Source: an uncultured Leptospiraceae bacterium (GTDB taxonomy: Bacteria; Spirochaetota; UBA4802; UB4802). Taken from it: 64,000 bases of DNA. Made by a program: the position numbers and the translations under genes. Within the stretch, counting starts at the first letter, position 1. Each line of letters begins with the position of its first letter. Under the pieces are notes generated by a model. The model saw only the letters and a program-made list of their open reading frames with translations, had not been told where the DNA came from and made no database searches. The DNA lies in the NCBI GenBank assembly GCA_964486725.1, contig CAZAOK010000004.1, positions 6,014 through 70,013 on the forward strand, written 5' to 3'. This document shows positions 10,804 through 20,426 of this stretch, in pieces.

Positions 10804-11049
10804 ATGAAAATTACTGTCAAAACATTCGCAACCGTAACGGATATCACCGGCTTTTCTACCTCCAGTATCGAGATAACAGGTGGGAAAACTGTAGGATATG
10901 TGTTGAAGTATTTACAGGGTGAATATCCCAGGCTGAAGAAAATACTTGATTCATTACTGGTTGCGGTTAACGAGGAATATGCAGATCATACCCATGAGTT
11001 GAAAGAGGGTGATGTTCTTGCCATTTTTCCTCCCGTGAGCGGCGGGTAG
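10804..11049 (+). CDS. moaD: MoaD/ThiS-family sulfur carrier protein (C-terminal GG)
   Basis: 81-aa beta-grasp protein ending in VSGG. It overlaps the following MoaE gene, with an RBS in between. Confidence 0.8.
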   Translation: MKITVKTFATVTDITGFSTSSIEITGGKTVGYVLKYLQGEYPRLKKILDSLLVAVNEEYADHTHELKEGDVLAIFPPVSGG

Positions 11050-11057
11050 GAGGTAAA

Positions 11058-11474
11058 ATGGTATACTGCAGGTTTCAGGAAGCCCCCCTTGATATCAATG
11101 AAATCACCGGGATGGTTGGAAAAGAATCAGACGGTGCTGTTGTTATATTCACCGGTCAGGCCAGAAATAAAACCGGTGAAAAAGAGGTTACCCACCTTGA
11201 ATACCAGTTGTACCAGGATATGGCAGAAAAAGAACTGAAAAAGATTTTACATGATGCTTCCGCTAAATGGGGTCTAACCGATTGCGTGGTAATTCACAGG
11301 TTTGGTAAAGTATTACCAGGCCAGGTAAGTATAATTATTGGGGTATCCTCACCTCACCGAGATGAAGCATACTCCGCTTCACGGTATATCATTGATACCA
11401 TAAAAAAAACTGTTCCGGTGTGGAAAAAAGAGTTTTACAGGGATGGTTCAAGCTGGATTACAAAAGGTAGCTAG
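11058..11474 (+). CDS. moaE: Molybdopterin synthase catalytic subunit MoaE
   Basis: 138 aa carrying the motifs GAVVIFTG..R, HLEYQLYQDMAE and SPHRDEAY..IDTIKKTVPVWKKE, typical of MoaE. Confidence 0.85.
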   Translation: MVYCRFQEAPLDINEITGMVGKESDGAVVIFTGQARNKTGEKEVTHLEYQLYQDMAEKELKKILHDASAKWGLTDCVVIHRFGKVLPGQVSIIIGVSSPHRDEAYSASRYIIDTIKKTVPVWKKEFYRDGSSWITKGS

Positions 11475-11859
11475 CCTTGCTTTTCAGTACTTCGTTAAGA
11501 ATCGTTTCAGCATTCCTGTTAAAGTGTTCAGCCTGTGTCCGTGAGACGCGAATGCCGTCGTCGTTTTCAAGCATTTCTTTGAATGTCCTGGCGTTGTGCA
11601 ATATATCAACGATATCCAGTTCAGTCCATCCGTTAGGAGAATAATATTCTTCTACCAGTTCAAGTATCTTGTTGTGATCGTCTGAATCCTGACCATCGTC
11701 GATAAGAAGAATCCGCACCGCGTAAAACATGGATAGATATGAATAAACTATGGAATCGTTGTATAGTTCTTTCTCAAGCATAAGGGAAGATATCTTTAGT
11801 TTTTCCCTGCTTTGCTCAACCCTGAAATTCTTTTTCTTTTCAGTATCTACATTCATCAT
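11458..11859 (-). CDS. HEPN-domain-like protein (Rx4H motif)
   Basis: 133-aa alpha-helical ORF with a C-terminal RTQAEHFN (R-x4-H) motif characteristic of HEPN. It overlaps the moaE 3' end by 17 nt in convergent orientation, and no adjacent nucleotidyltransferase partner is seen. Confidence 0.35.
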   Translation of the reverse strand: MMNVDTEKKKNFRVEQSREKLKISSLMLEKELYNDSIVYSYLSMFYAVRILLIDDGQDSDDHNKILELVEEYYSPNGWTELDIVDILHNARTFKEMLENDDGIRVSRTQAEHFNRNAETILNEVLKSKASYLL

Positions 11860-12113
11860 ATCTCAATTATTCCCTGCGTTAATTCTATATTATAAAGTAT
11901 GACCATCGAACAGGAAAATCCATATTATGTTCCATTAATTATTAAAAAAATTAAATATTTAAGAGAACATTATCTATTGAATATCAACTTATGTAAGTCA
12001 GCAAGAACTTTTTTATAATTTCTGCGACTATGACTACGATGCGGTTTTTTACTTGCGCGCAATACCAGCTGTATATTACCATTCATCGCGAATGTGAAAA
12101 GAAGGAGCGACCA

Positions 12114-13730
12114 ATGAACAAAGACTGGCTATGGTGGAAGCACGGTGTAATATACCAGATATATCCCAGGAGTTTTTATGATACCAACAATGACGGCATA
12201 GGTGATATCCCCGGCATTCATGCCAGGCTGGATTATCTTCAGGATCTGGGTATCGATGGTATATGGTTATCACCCATTAACAGGTCGCCCATGTATGATT
12301 TCGGGTATGATATAAGTGATTACAGGGCAATTGATCCCATCTTCGGCAGCAACGAGGATTTCGAGAAATTTATCAGGGAAGCCCGGAAGCGCAACATACA
12401 TGTTCTCATGGACCTGGTGATGAACCATTCATCCCACCTGCACCAGTGGTTCCTGGATTCCAGGTCGTCACGGGACAATCCCAAACGTGACTGGTATATA
12501 TGGCATGATGGCAAAAAGGGGAAGTATCCAAATAACTGGTATGCTTCTTTCGGAGGACGTGCCTGGGAATGGGACGACCTCACCGGACAGTATTACCTGC
12601 ACACATTTCTGAAAGAGCAGCCAGACCTGAACTGGCGAAGTCCACAACTGAAGAAAGCCATGTTCGACGAAATCCGTTACTGGCTTGACCGGGGTGTGGA
12701 CGGGTTTCGCCTGGACGTGGTGAACTGGTTTATCAAGGATGACAAGTTCAGAAATAATCCCTTTGGCATCGGCCCCTATCCGCGGCCATATGATCTGCAG
12801 AAACATATATATGACCGTAACCGGCCCGAGGTACACCACCTGCTTAATGATTTCAGACGCCTGCTGGATTCATATTCAGAAAGGATGTCGGTTGGCGAGG
12901 TGTACGTAGAAAAACCCGGCAACGTGAGGCAGGCAGCCCGCTACCTTGGTAACGGTGATGACGAGCTTCATCTTTCATTTGATTTCACCATGTTATATGC
13001 CAAATGGGGGGCGAAGCACTATAAAAAAAGTGTGGACACCTGGATGTCCCTCATCCCCGAAAAAGGTTGGCCATGCCATGTGCTTGGAAACCACGACCAG
13101 CCAAGAACAATGTCACGGCTGGGGGGGGACGCAGAAGCTGAGAGAAGAAGCAGGGTACTGGCCGCGCTGCTGCTGACCCTGAAGGGTACTCCCTTCATTT
13201 ACTACGGTGATGAGATCGGAATGAAAGACGGTAAAATTAAGCGCGACCAGCTCATGGACCCGGTTGGGAAAAAATACTGGCCCTTCCATCCAGGCAGGGA
13301 TCCCGAACGAACCCCCATGCAATGGGACAGCACCCCCTTCGCAGGGTTCTCTGATAAAAAGCCGTGGCTTCCGGTCAATCCCGATTATAAAATGGTAAAC
13401 GTGAAAAACCAGCAGAATGACCGGGGATCATTGCTGTCATGGTATAAAAAACTGTTGCACCTGAGAAAAAAAAGCATGGTTCTTTCAATGGGTTCATGGG
13501 AGCCGGTACCAGATCCCGGCAGGGATATATACGCCTATTACCGCTCTTACAAGGGGAAAACCAACCTTGTGCTGTTGAACTTTAAAAATAAACCCAGAAG
13601 GGCAATGGTGCGGTATGACGAACCAACACCGTGGAAAGTGCTTCTTTCAACCCACAGGGGGGAAGGGACGGTAATAGCTGAAATGCCACTTCTCGGTGCG
13701 TATGAAGCAACCATAATGGAAAAGATATAA
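12114..13730 (+). CDS. GH13 alpha-glucosidase / oligo-1,6-glucosidase family (alpha-amylase superfamily)
   Basis: Carries the GH13 catalytic regions WWKHGVIYQIYPRSF, GIDGIWLSPI, HVLMDLVMNHSS, GFRLDVVNW, GEVY and FLGNHDQPR. Start chosen at ATG 12114, behind an AAGGAG RBS. Confidence 0.85.
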   Translation: MNKDWLWWKHGVIYQIYPRSFYDTNNDGIGDIPGIHARLDYLQDLGIDGIWLSPINRSPMYDFGYDISDYRAIDPIFGSNEDFEKFIREARKRNIHVLMDLVMNHSSHLHQWFLDSRSSRDNPKRDWYIWHDGKKGKYPNNWYASFGGRAWEWDDLTGQYYLHTFLKEQPDLNWRSPQLKKAMFDEIRYWLDRGVDGFRLDVVNWFIKDDKFRNNPFGIGPYPRPYDLQKHIYDRNRPEVHHLLNDFRRLLDSYSERMSVGEVYVEKPGNVRQAARYLGNGDDELHLSFDFTMLYAKWGAKHYKKSVDTWMSLIPEKGWPCHVLGNHDQPRTMSRLGGDAEAERRSRVLAALLLTLKGTPFIYYGDEIGMKDGKIKRDQLMDPVGKKYWPFHPGRDPERTPMQWDSTPFAGFSDKKPWLPVNPDYKMVNVKNQQNDRGSLLSWYKKLLHLRKKSMVLSMGSWEPVPDPGRDIYAYYRSYKGKTNLVLLNFKNKPRRAMVRYDEPTPWKVLLSTHRGEGTVIAEMPLLGAYEATIMEKI

Positions 13731-13738
13731 AATAACAA

Positions 13739-16165
13739 TCAGGCCCGCAGCATGGTGATGGTAACCCCGTCACCACCTTCACCCTGCTGTCCTGGACGAA
13801 AATCCCTCACGTATGATGAATGCCCCAGGTATTCGCGAATGGCCTTTTTCAGGGCCCCCGTGCCATGGCCATGAATAACCACCGCGGAATAGATACCGTT
13901 GCGTGTCATTTTGTCAAACATGGATTCAGCCTTGTTAATGGCTTCGTCTACCCGAAGTCCCCTCAGATCAACGGTGTTATAGCTTGTCTGCACGGTAACT
14001 GGAATTTCTGAAACAGCCCCTTCATATACGATAGAAGGTTTTTTCTTTTCTTTATCGGTGTCTTTTTTCCCCTGCCTGTGAGGTGGAATCAGCAGTTCTT
14101 CAAAACGGTGCTGAGAGGTGATGGCGTTACCAAGAATCAATTTCGCGGTATTATTCCTGTTGTCAATCTCATCAATGGTACCATAGGTTTCAAGGGGCTG
14201 AATGTATAAGCGGTCACCCTTTTTCGCGTTAGTACCATCAAAGGGTCGAAATGAATCGGAAAGGCCTCTTTTCCTTGATTCAGCCACGTTGCCTTCAATT
14301 TTATGCTGCATATCAATCAGGTCCTGCTGCAGCTGTCCGGCATTTTGAAGGTCGCCATGCTGAAGCTGGGAAATGCGGTCGGCTACACGTTTCCTGTATT
14401 CTTTCAATTCTTCAATGAACGCTATGCCTGTCTCCGCTTTAACCTCTTCAATTTTTCTATTGAGGTCATTTATCTTCCTGGAGTATTTGTCCTTTTCTGA
14501 AGAGAGTTCTTTCTGCAGCATGAGAAGATGTTTCCTGGTTTCATTGATTTCCTGGTCTTTCTGCTGCAGTTGTTCCAAAAGTGATTCTACCGAAAGGGTT
14601 CTGCTGTCAAGAAGCTCTTTTGAACGATCCAGCACGTTATTCTGCAGTTTATACAGCCTGGCAATCTCAAGGGCGTAGCTTACCCCCGGCAGGCCGATAT
14701 TCACCTGGTAGGTGGGGCGCAGAGAATTCACGTCAAAAGCCACCGACGCGTTTTGAAATCTTGAATCGCGGGACGCGAGCTCTTTCAATTCGGTGTAATG
14801 AGTGGTGGTTACCACCCGTGCGCCAGTGTCGGCCATGGCCTCAAGTACTGCCTGGGCCAGTGCAGCCCCCTGCCTGGGGTCGGTGCCCACAATTATTTCA
14901 TCAATTAGCACCAGGGAGTCTTCGGTGGCATTTTGAAGCATGTCACGGATAATCACTATCTGGCCTGAAAAGGTGGATAATGACTGTGAAAGGTTCTGAT
15001 CATCACCGATATCCGCGTAGATACGGCTGAATATGCCAATCCTTGAATCGGGGCTGGCGGGGATAAGAAGACCGTATGCGGTCATCAGTGTCAACAGGCC
15101 AATGGTTTTCAAAAGAACCGTTTTACCCCCGGTATTTACCCCTGAAATAATGAGACAATTGTAATCATCCCCCAGGGAAATATCACCCGGCACCACATCA
15201 TCAGGCTGGGTGAGGGCCAGCATGGGATGCCTTGCCCTGATGAGATGAACATGTGGGGTATCCGTAATAACCGGCATGGAGGCCTTCATGCGGGCTCCCA
15301 GCCGGGCAGCGGCACTGAGAAAGTCAATATATGACAGTACCCCCTGGTTCTGACGAAGCTCTTCAGCGTGGTCTGCCACCTGCGCGGTCAGCACCTGCAA
15401 AATTCTCTCCAGTTCTCTCTGGTATTCTACACGCCTGAGAACCAGCTGGTTGTTGATATCGGCAATAGATTCGGGTTCAAGGTAGAGGGTGGCACCGGTA
15501 GACGAGGTGTCATGAACCGTACCCCTGATGCGGTTTCTCATTGAAGCCTTAACCAGCACAACGTAGCGATCGTTTCTGAGAGAATGAACTTTTTCCTGAA
15601 GCACCTGGGCAAGATCAGGTGAATTTAGCATGCCCCCCAGCTTTTTCTCGATATCCTTACGTAGTGAAAAGATACTTTGCTGTATCTTTTTCAATGCTGG
15701 AAAATAATTTTCATTTAACTCTTCCTGATCATTGATGGCTTTTGTAAGGGTATCCCGTAGATCAGGCAGGGGATAAAGATTATTTTTTTCATCTTTTAAA
15801 GATGGGATTTCTTCTTCATGTTCTTTTATGAATTCAATTGAACGGTGCGCTGCCAGCACTGATTTTTTTACCGTGGCAAGCTCTTCAACAGTTAACCTGC
15901 CCGAGCGTTCTGATCTTGAGAGAAACACAAGAATATCCCCAAGACCTCCAAGGTCAAAAGCCATTCCCTTGAGAAACAGTTCCATCAACTGGTGCAGCTT
16001 GGTCATCTGCGTGCGAACCCCGTCGATTGACAGGGGATGCAGGTTGTCAACGTATTCTTTTCCCGGATCGGTTGCGCAATGGGCGCGCAGCCTTGAGATA
16101 ATAGAATCCCATTCCAGTACCTTGAATAACTTTTCAGAATAAGTATATGATGGTTCGGTTTCCAT
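13739..16165 (-). CDS. mutS2: Endonuclease MutS2 (MutS domain plus C-terminal Smr)
   Basis: 808 aa with a Walker A GVNTGGKTVLLKT, a MutS ATPase core and a C-terminal Smr domain (VDLRGLRVDEA..VVIHGHGTGALK). Confidence 0.9.
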   Translation of the reverse strand: METEPSYTYSEKLFKVLEWDSIISRLRAHCATDPGKEYVDNLHPLSIDGVRTQMTKLHQLMELFLKGMAFDLGGLGDILVFLSRSERSGRLTVEELATVKKSVLAAHRSIEFIKEHEEEIPSLKDEKNNLYPLPDLRDTLTKAINDQEELNENYFPALKKIQQSIFSLRKDIEKKLGGMLNSPDLAQVLQEKVHSLRNDRYVVLVKASMRNRIRGTVHDTSSTGATLYLEPESIADINNQLVLRRVEYQRELERILQVLTAQVADHAEELRQNQGVLSYIDFLSAAARLGARMKASMPVITDTPHVHLIRARHPMLALTQPDDVVPGDISLGDDYNCLIISGVNTGGKTVLLKTIGLLTLMTAYGLLIPASPDSRIGIFSRIYADIGDDQNLSQSLSTFSGQIVIIRDMLQNATEDSLVLIDEIIVGTDPRQGAALAQAVLEAMADTGARVVTTTHYTELKELASRDSRFQNASVAFDVNSLRPTYQVNIGLPGVSYALEIARLYKLQNNVLDRSKELLDSRTLSVESLLEQLQQKDQEINETRKHLLMLQKELSSEKDKYSRKINDLNRKIEEVKAETGIAFIEELKEYRKRVADRISQLQHGDLQNAGQLQQDLIDMQHKIEGNVAESRKRGLSDSFRPFDGTNAKKGDRLYIQPLETYGTIDEIDNRNNTAKLILGNAITSQHRFEELLIPPHRQGKKDTDKEKKKPSIVYEGAVSEIPVTVQTSYNTVDLRGLRVDEAINKAESMFDKMTRNGIYSAVVIHGHGTGALKKAIREYLGHSSYVRDFRPGQQGEGGDGVTITMLRA

Positions 16166-16210
16166 GGTGTTGAGAACTCTACATGTATAAAATTTAACTA
16201 CAGGGATGGT

Positions 16211-17131
16211 TTATCCTGACAATGAATATTGTAAAGCGTTTTCCAGGTGGGGAAACCTGAACTGGAATCCTTCCTCTGTCAATCGTGATGGCACAACCCT
16301 TGCACTGGACAGAAGCAGTTCGTCCGCCATCTCTCCCGGGAGCGTTCGAAATAAAAATCCAGGAAGATGAAACCATGAAGGCCGACCCATCACCTTCCCC
16401 AGTGTTTTGAAGAATTCCCGTGATCGAAGCTGCTCCGGGGCTGCCAGGTTGTAGGCACCTGAAGATTTTTTACTTTCCATCAGCCAGCATATGGCTTTAA
16501 TCTCGTCCTCGAGGTGAATCCACGGCATCCACTGTGTACCGCTGCCAACATGACCACCCACGAAAAAATTGAAGGGGAGGGTGACAAGTGAAAGGAACCC
16601 GCCGCTGGAAGCCAGGACAAGGGAGGTACGGATGATAACATGGCGAACTCCCATGTCTTTTACAGGGGCTGTTGTTGATTCCCATTCAATAGCCAGATCT
16701 GAAAGAAAACCGTTGCCAGGGTCACAATCCTCGGTAAGTTCAGTATCACCACGTGAGCCGTAATATCCTGATGCGGAGCCCTGTATCAAAACTTCAGGTT
16801 TGTTCTTGGAATTTCTGACTGCCTCAAAAACCGCGTTACCCGCGTTAATCCTGCTATCGCGTATCTTCTCTTTTTTTGACGCAGTCCATCCCGGGCCTGC
16901 TATGGATTCACCTGCCAGGTTGATAATGGCAAAAGCTCCATCCACGTATTGCCCCCAGCCTGTGGATGTTTTCCCATCCCAGGTTACGTAAGAGATGGAT
17001 GAAGTTCCGTTATTCTTTTTGCCTGGATTCCTGGTGAGTATTACAATCTCATATCCTTTTTTCGCCAGCAGGCCTGTGAGATGTGACCCAATGAATCCTG
17101 TTCCCCCTGTTATAATAACTTTTTTGCTCAT
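16211..17131 (-). CDS. TIGR01777/YfcH-family NAD-dependent epimerase/dehydratase (SDR, DUF1731 C-terminus)
   Basis: Has the N-terminal Rossmann motif KVIITGGTGFIGSHL. Its 306-aa length and C-terminal region match the YfcH-like family. Confidence 0.8.
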   Translation of the reverse strand: MSKKVIITGGTGFIGSHLTGLLAKKGYEIVILTRNPGKKNNGTSSISYVTWDGKTSTGWGQYVDGAFAIINLAGESIAGPGWTASKKEKIRDSRINAGNAVFEAVRNSKNKPEVLIQGSASGYYGSRGDTELTEDCDPGNGFLSDLAIEWESTTAPVKDMGVRHVIIRTSLVLASSGGFLSLVTLPFNFFVGGHVGSGTQWMPWIHLEDEIKAICWLMESKKSSGAYNLAAPEQLRSREFFKTLGKVMGRPSWFHLPGFLFRTLPGEMADELLLSSARVVPSRLTEEGFQFRFPHLENALQYSLSG

Positions 17132-17133
17132 AA

Positions 17134-17421
17134 TCAGGTTTCTCCTTTATCTATCTTGAGTTCAATTTCGGTTGCTCCCCAGTTGCTGCCCGCGTCTTTA
17201 AATGATTTTACCATTGGTAATGCGGCAAGCTTCTGGTGAACTGTTTGTTTCAACACCGATTTTCCTTTTCCATGTATTATTATCACCGGCGTAATGCCCT
17301 TTTTCACAGCATTGTGGATGAATTCCTCCACAATTGCTTTCGCGTCACGGGGATGAAACATGTGAAGATCTATTATGTCACCCAGTTCAATTTCTACCGG
17401 GTCGCTGATGTCATCATTCAT
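17134..17421 (-). CDS. Stand-alone Smr domain protein
   Basis: The motif LDLHMFHPRDA..VIIIHGKGKSVLKQ matches the Smr pattern (DLHG..A...V.IIHGKG.G.L). The start is probably the internal ATG at 17421, since the upstream track start has no RBS. Confidence 0.6.
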   Translation of the reverse strand: MNDDISDPVEIELGDIIDLHMFHPRDAKAIVEEFIHNAVKKGITPVIIIHGKGKSVLKQTVHQKLAALPMVKSFKDAGSNWGATEIELKIDKGET

Positions 17422-17532
17422 AGTGCACCAGGTTTCCTTTTTTAAATTGATTAAAAGTACAGGGCATTCATCACCATGATGATACACTGATTAAGGGGAT
17501 GCTTCAACAATTATATATAACTTGTTTTGATG

Positions 17533-18504
17533 TTACCAGACGAAAAGAAGGGGATTGATCACCTTGCCGTGATGATACAGTGTAAAATGAAGGTGAGGGC
17601 CTGTAGATCTTCCGGTTGAGCCGATCCTGCCGATGATGGTAGAGGTTTCCACCTTGTCTCCTTTCTCAACCAGTATTTTGCTGCAATGACCATAAAGGCT
17701 TTCATATCCATCGTTATGCTGAATCATGATTGTATACCCGTAGCCATCTCGCCATCCGCAGAAGTTCACAATACCTTTTCGTACCGGACGAATTGGTGTG
17801 CCATACCGGGCGTTAATATCAATCCCATTATGGAAACGAATACCATGATATATTGGATCAACCCTGTCCCCGTAAAGGGAGGTATAAAATCCACGAACAG
17901 GCTTCCTGAACGTGCGTCGCACGGAGTACAGTTTTTCAAGAGAATCGTTTACGATAACCGGAACAGCTTTTTTAAAAAACACAAACCGGATATCATCAAG
18001 GCTGAATAGTTCAAAAAAATGTGGAAGGTACTCTCCTGATACTTTTCGGTGTGCTTCAAGCTTTTTTGACATTCGCCACGGGTCGATTATTGAGTCGCAG
18101 GCCAGAAGAACCCCGTCTTCATGGGGCACCACGATGGTTATCCCCTGGCTGGCGGTTAACGTGGTTAAAAAGGGATTTGCCGCAATCAGGGTTTCCAAGC
18201 TTATTCTGCTCCTGCGGGCAACATCCCAGAATGATTCGCCCTGCCGCATGGTATGAAAGGTGATCTTTACGCCGGGATCATGTGGATAGGATTTAAGAAT
18301 TTCGATATACCTGTCAGAATCAGTAAATAATGGAAATCCTTCTTTAAGTTCATACCATTCATCGTTGGCAACAACCCTGTTTTTGCAAAAAGCATAGATG
18401 ATGTTGCCAATAATGAAAACTGTAATGGTAAGTATTGATAATGCCTTCATGATCTTTTGAAGCTGCCATATATGGTAATTTGTTATAGGAATCCAGCGAA
18501 ACAT
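17533..18504 (-). CDS. M23 family metallopeptidase (membrane-anchored)
   Basis: Has an N-terminal TM and a C-terminal HNGIDINARYGTPIRPV..GYGYTIMIQHNDGYESLYGHC..GSTGRSTGPHLHF LytM/M23 signature. Its start codon overlaps the proC stop by 1 nt. Confidence 0.85.
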   Translation of the reverse strand: MFRWIPITNYHIWQLQKIMKALSILTITVFIIGNIIYAFCKNRVVANDEWYELKEGFPLFTDSDRYIEILKSYPHDPGVKITFHTMRQGESFWDVARRSRISLETLIAANPFLTTLTASQGITIVVPHEDGVLLACDSIIDPWRMSKKLEAHRKVSGEYLPHFFELFSLDDIRFVFFKKAVPVIVNDSLEKLYSVRRTFRKPVRGFYTSLYGDRVDPIYHGIRFHNGIDINARYGTPIRPVRKGIVNFCGWRDGYGYTIMIQHNDGYESLYGHCSKILVEKGDKVETSTIIGRIGSTGRSTGPHLHFTLYHHGKVINPLLFVW

Positions 18505-19319
18505 TACCTGGCCCCCAGTTGCCTGGATTTAATTGTGGCAGACTCAATGGCCCTCATCACGGTACCGGAAAAACCGGCGTCTTCAAGTTCGAAAACACCT
18601 TCAATAGTGGTACCTCCCGGTGAAGTGACTTTACCCCGTAGCACAATGGGGTCATCGCCGGTTTCAAGTACCATCTTCGCCGCCCCGTATACCGTCTGGG
18701 CTGCCAGGGTCAGGGCATTGCTTCTGGGAATACCCATGCGAACAGCACCATCTGCCATGGCATTGATCATGGTAAACACGTAGGCAGGACCGCTGCCGGA
18801 TACACCGGTAACCGCGTCCATCATCTTTTCAGGAAGTATGAGCACTTTTCCCAGAACGCTGAATATTGCGTGGGCCACGTTGATAGATTTTTCATCCATC
18901 TCGGCGTTAGGCGAAAGAACAAGCATTCCTTCGCCGACCAGTGATGGGGTATTGGGCATGCATCTGAGTATCTTGTGTTTTTTATTAAGGGAAGACTCGA
19001 TAACAGCATTTGAAATACCTGCAGCGACAGAAATGAGCACGGTATGGGGTTTGAGTACATCTTTGAGTTCGGTGGTGACCCCGGTTATCATGTCAGGTTT
19101 GACCGCAAGTATAATATAGTCACATTTACCGGTCATTTCTGCAAGGGTGGTAACAGGCTGTATCCCTGATGCCGCTAACCGGGTGGTCTTCTCTTCGTCG
19201 ATATCAAAGCCAAAGATATTATCACCGGGCATGTTTTTTAAAAGTCCTTTCACAATGGCAAATCCCATATTGCCAAGCCCTATACAACCAACAGTAATTG
19301 ATTTCAGGGATTGTGTCAT
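18504..19319 (-). CDS. proC: Pyrroline-5-carboxylate reductase
   Basis: 271 aa with ITVGCIGLGNMGFAIVKGL at the N-terminus and the ProC dimerisation domain (GSGPAYVF..VTSPGGTT). Confidence 0.9.
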   Translation of the reverse strand: MTQSLKSITVGCIGLGNMGFAIVKGLLKNMPGDNIFGFDIDEEKTTRLAASGIQPVTTLAEMTGKCDYIILAVKPDMITGVTTELKDVLKPHTVLISVAAGISNAVIESSLNKKHKILRCMPNTPSLVGEGMLVLSPNAEMDEKSINVAHAIFSVLGKVLILPEKMMDAVTGVSGSGPAYVFTMINAMADGAVRMGIPRSNALTLAAQTVYGAAKMVLETGDDPIVLRGKVTSPGGTTIEGVFELEDAGFSGTVMRAIESATIKSRQLGAR

Positions 19320-20002
19320 GTATAACTCCTTGTTCCGAAAATGGAGCTGCCAATACGAACCATGGTTGCCCCTTCTTCCACGGCAATCAGGTAATCGTTA
19401 GACATGCCCATGGAAAGGTCTTTTAATTGCATTTCAGTTTTTTTATTTATTTCGTCCCGCAACTCTCTCAGTTGTCTGAATGCCCGCCTGATACTGTCAT
19501 GATTGTCGGTATTTGGACCGATGGTCATTAATCCCTTCAGCGAAAGATTCTCAAGGGGAAATATCTGTCTGCACAGGGCTTCAGTCTCTACAGGTGACAC
19601 GCCAAACTTTGACGATTCACCCGAAGTATTTACCTGGACAAGTATATCCATAGTTCTTCCCGCTTTTTTTGCCTCTTCATTTAACTTTTGAGCAGTACTG
19701 AACTTGTCTATTGAATGAACACAGTCAAATAACCGAACGGCGTATTTAGCCTTGTTTGATTGCAGGTGACCAACAAGGTGTACACTGAAATTACCCCTGA
19801 GTGCCGGTATCTTGTTTCGGGCTTCCTGTATTTTGTTCTCTCCCAGGAGGGTAATTCCGTTGTCTATGGCATCTTGCACAATATCTGCCGAAAATGTTTT
19901 GCAGACAGCGATTATCGATATGTCACCAGGATTCCTGTTGGAAGAAACGGCAGTATCTTCGATCTTCTGCTTTACATATGCATAATTATCGCTGATGCCC
20001 AT
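19316..20002 (-). CDS. yggS: YggS-family PLP-binding homeostasis protein
   Basis: 228 aa containing IAVCKTF, GENKIQEA and HLVGHLQSNKAK. It overlaps the proC start by 4 nt (ATGA). Confidence 0.85.
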   Translation of the reverse strand: MGISDNYAYVKQKIEDTAVSSNRNPGDISIIAVCKTFSADIVQDAIDNGITLLGENKIQEARNKIPALRGNFSVHLVGHLQSNKAKYAVRLFDCVHSIDKFSTAQKLNEEAKKAGRTMDILVQVNTSGESSKFGVSPVETEALCRQIFPLENLSLKGLMTIGPNTDNHDSIRRAFRQLRELRDEINKKTEMQLKDLSMGMSNDYLIAVEEGATMVRIGSSIFGTRSYT

Positions 20003-20162
20003 TATATCGCAGTACCCCTGAAATACGTGTCGTAAGATTAGAAAAGGAATCCGCCAGTGTTGTGTAAGACATGTTCTATATACTTCAAATAAGTCAATTC
20101 AGATTTTACCAGGTTGTCCCTGTCAGTCAAGGATTTCTATATCACCTGTGCAAGTACTAATG

Positions 20163-20234
20163 AGCGGGTGACCGGGGTCGAACCGGCGACGTTCAGCTTG
20201 GGAAGCTGACATTCTACCACTGAATTACACCCGC
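20163..20234 (-). tRNA. tRNA-Gly (CCC)
   Basis: Reverse complement GCGGGTGTAATTCAGTGGTAGAATGTCAGCTTCCCAAGCTGAACGTCGCCGGTTCGACCCCGGTCACCCGCT folds as a cloverleaf with anticodon loop TTCCCAA. Confidence 0.8.
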
Positions 20235-20426
20235 CCGAATAAAGCACTATGATGGGATGGTGTTATATATTTTTCAAGTTTTTTTTATGGATCGGAATAG
20301 TCATGAACAAATAAAAAAATATTTGCAATACTATCGGCTATAATATACTATACCTGATGTCATGCGGCAAATGGGTTGCATGTATGCCGGGTTTTCTGAA
20401 CGAATAAAGAATTACAGGTAGGAATT

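Noticed and set aside
12468-12839. 123-aa minus ORF within the GH13 gene
   Set aside because: It is antisense to a gene with multiple conserved GH13 catalytic motifs and has no independent support.
14303-14952. Several plus-strand ORFs (65-123 aa) inside mutS2
   Set aside because: They are antisense to the strongly supported MutS2 coding sequence and have no motifs.
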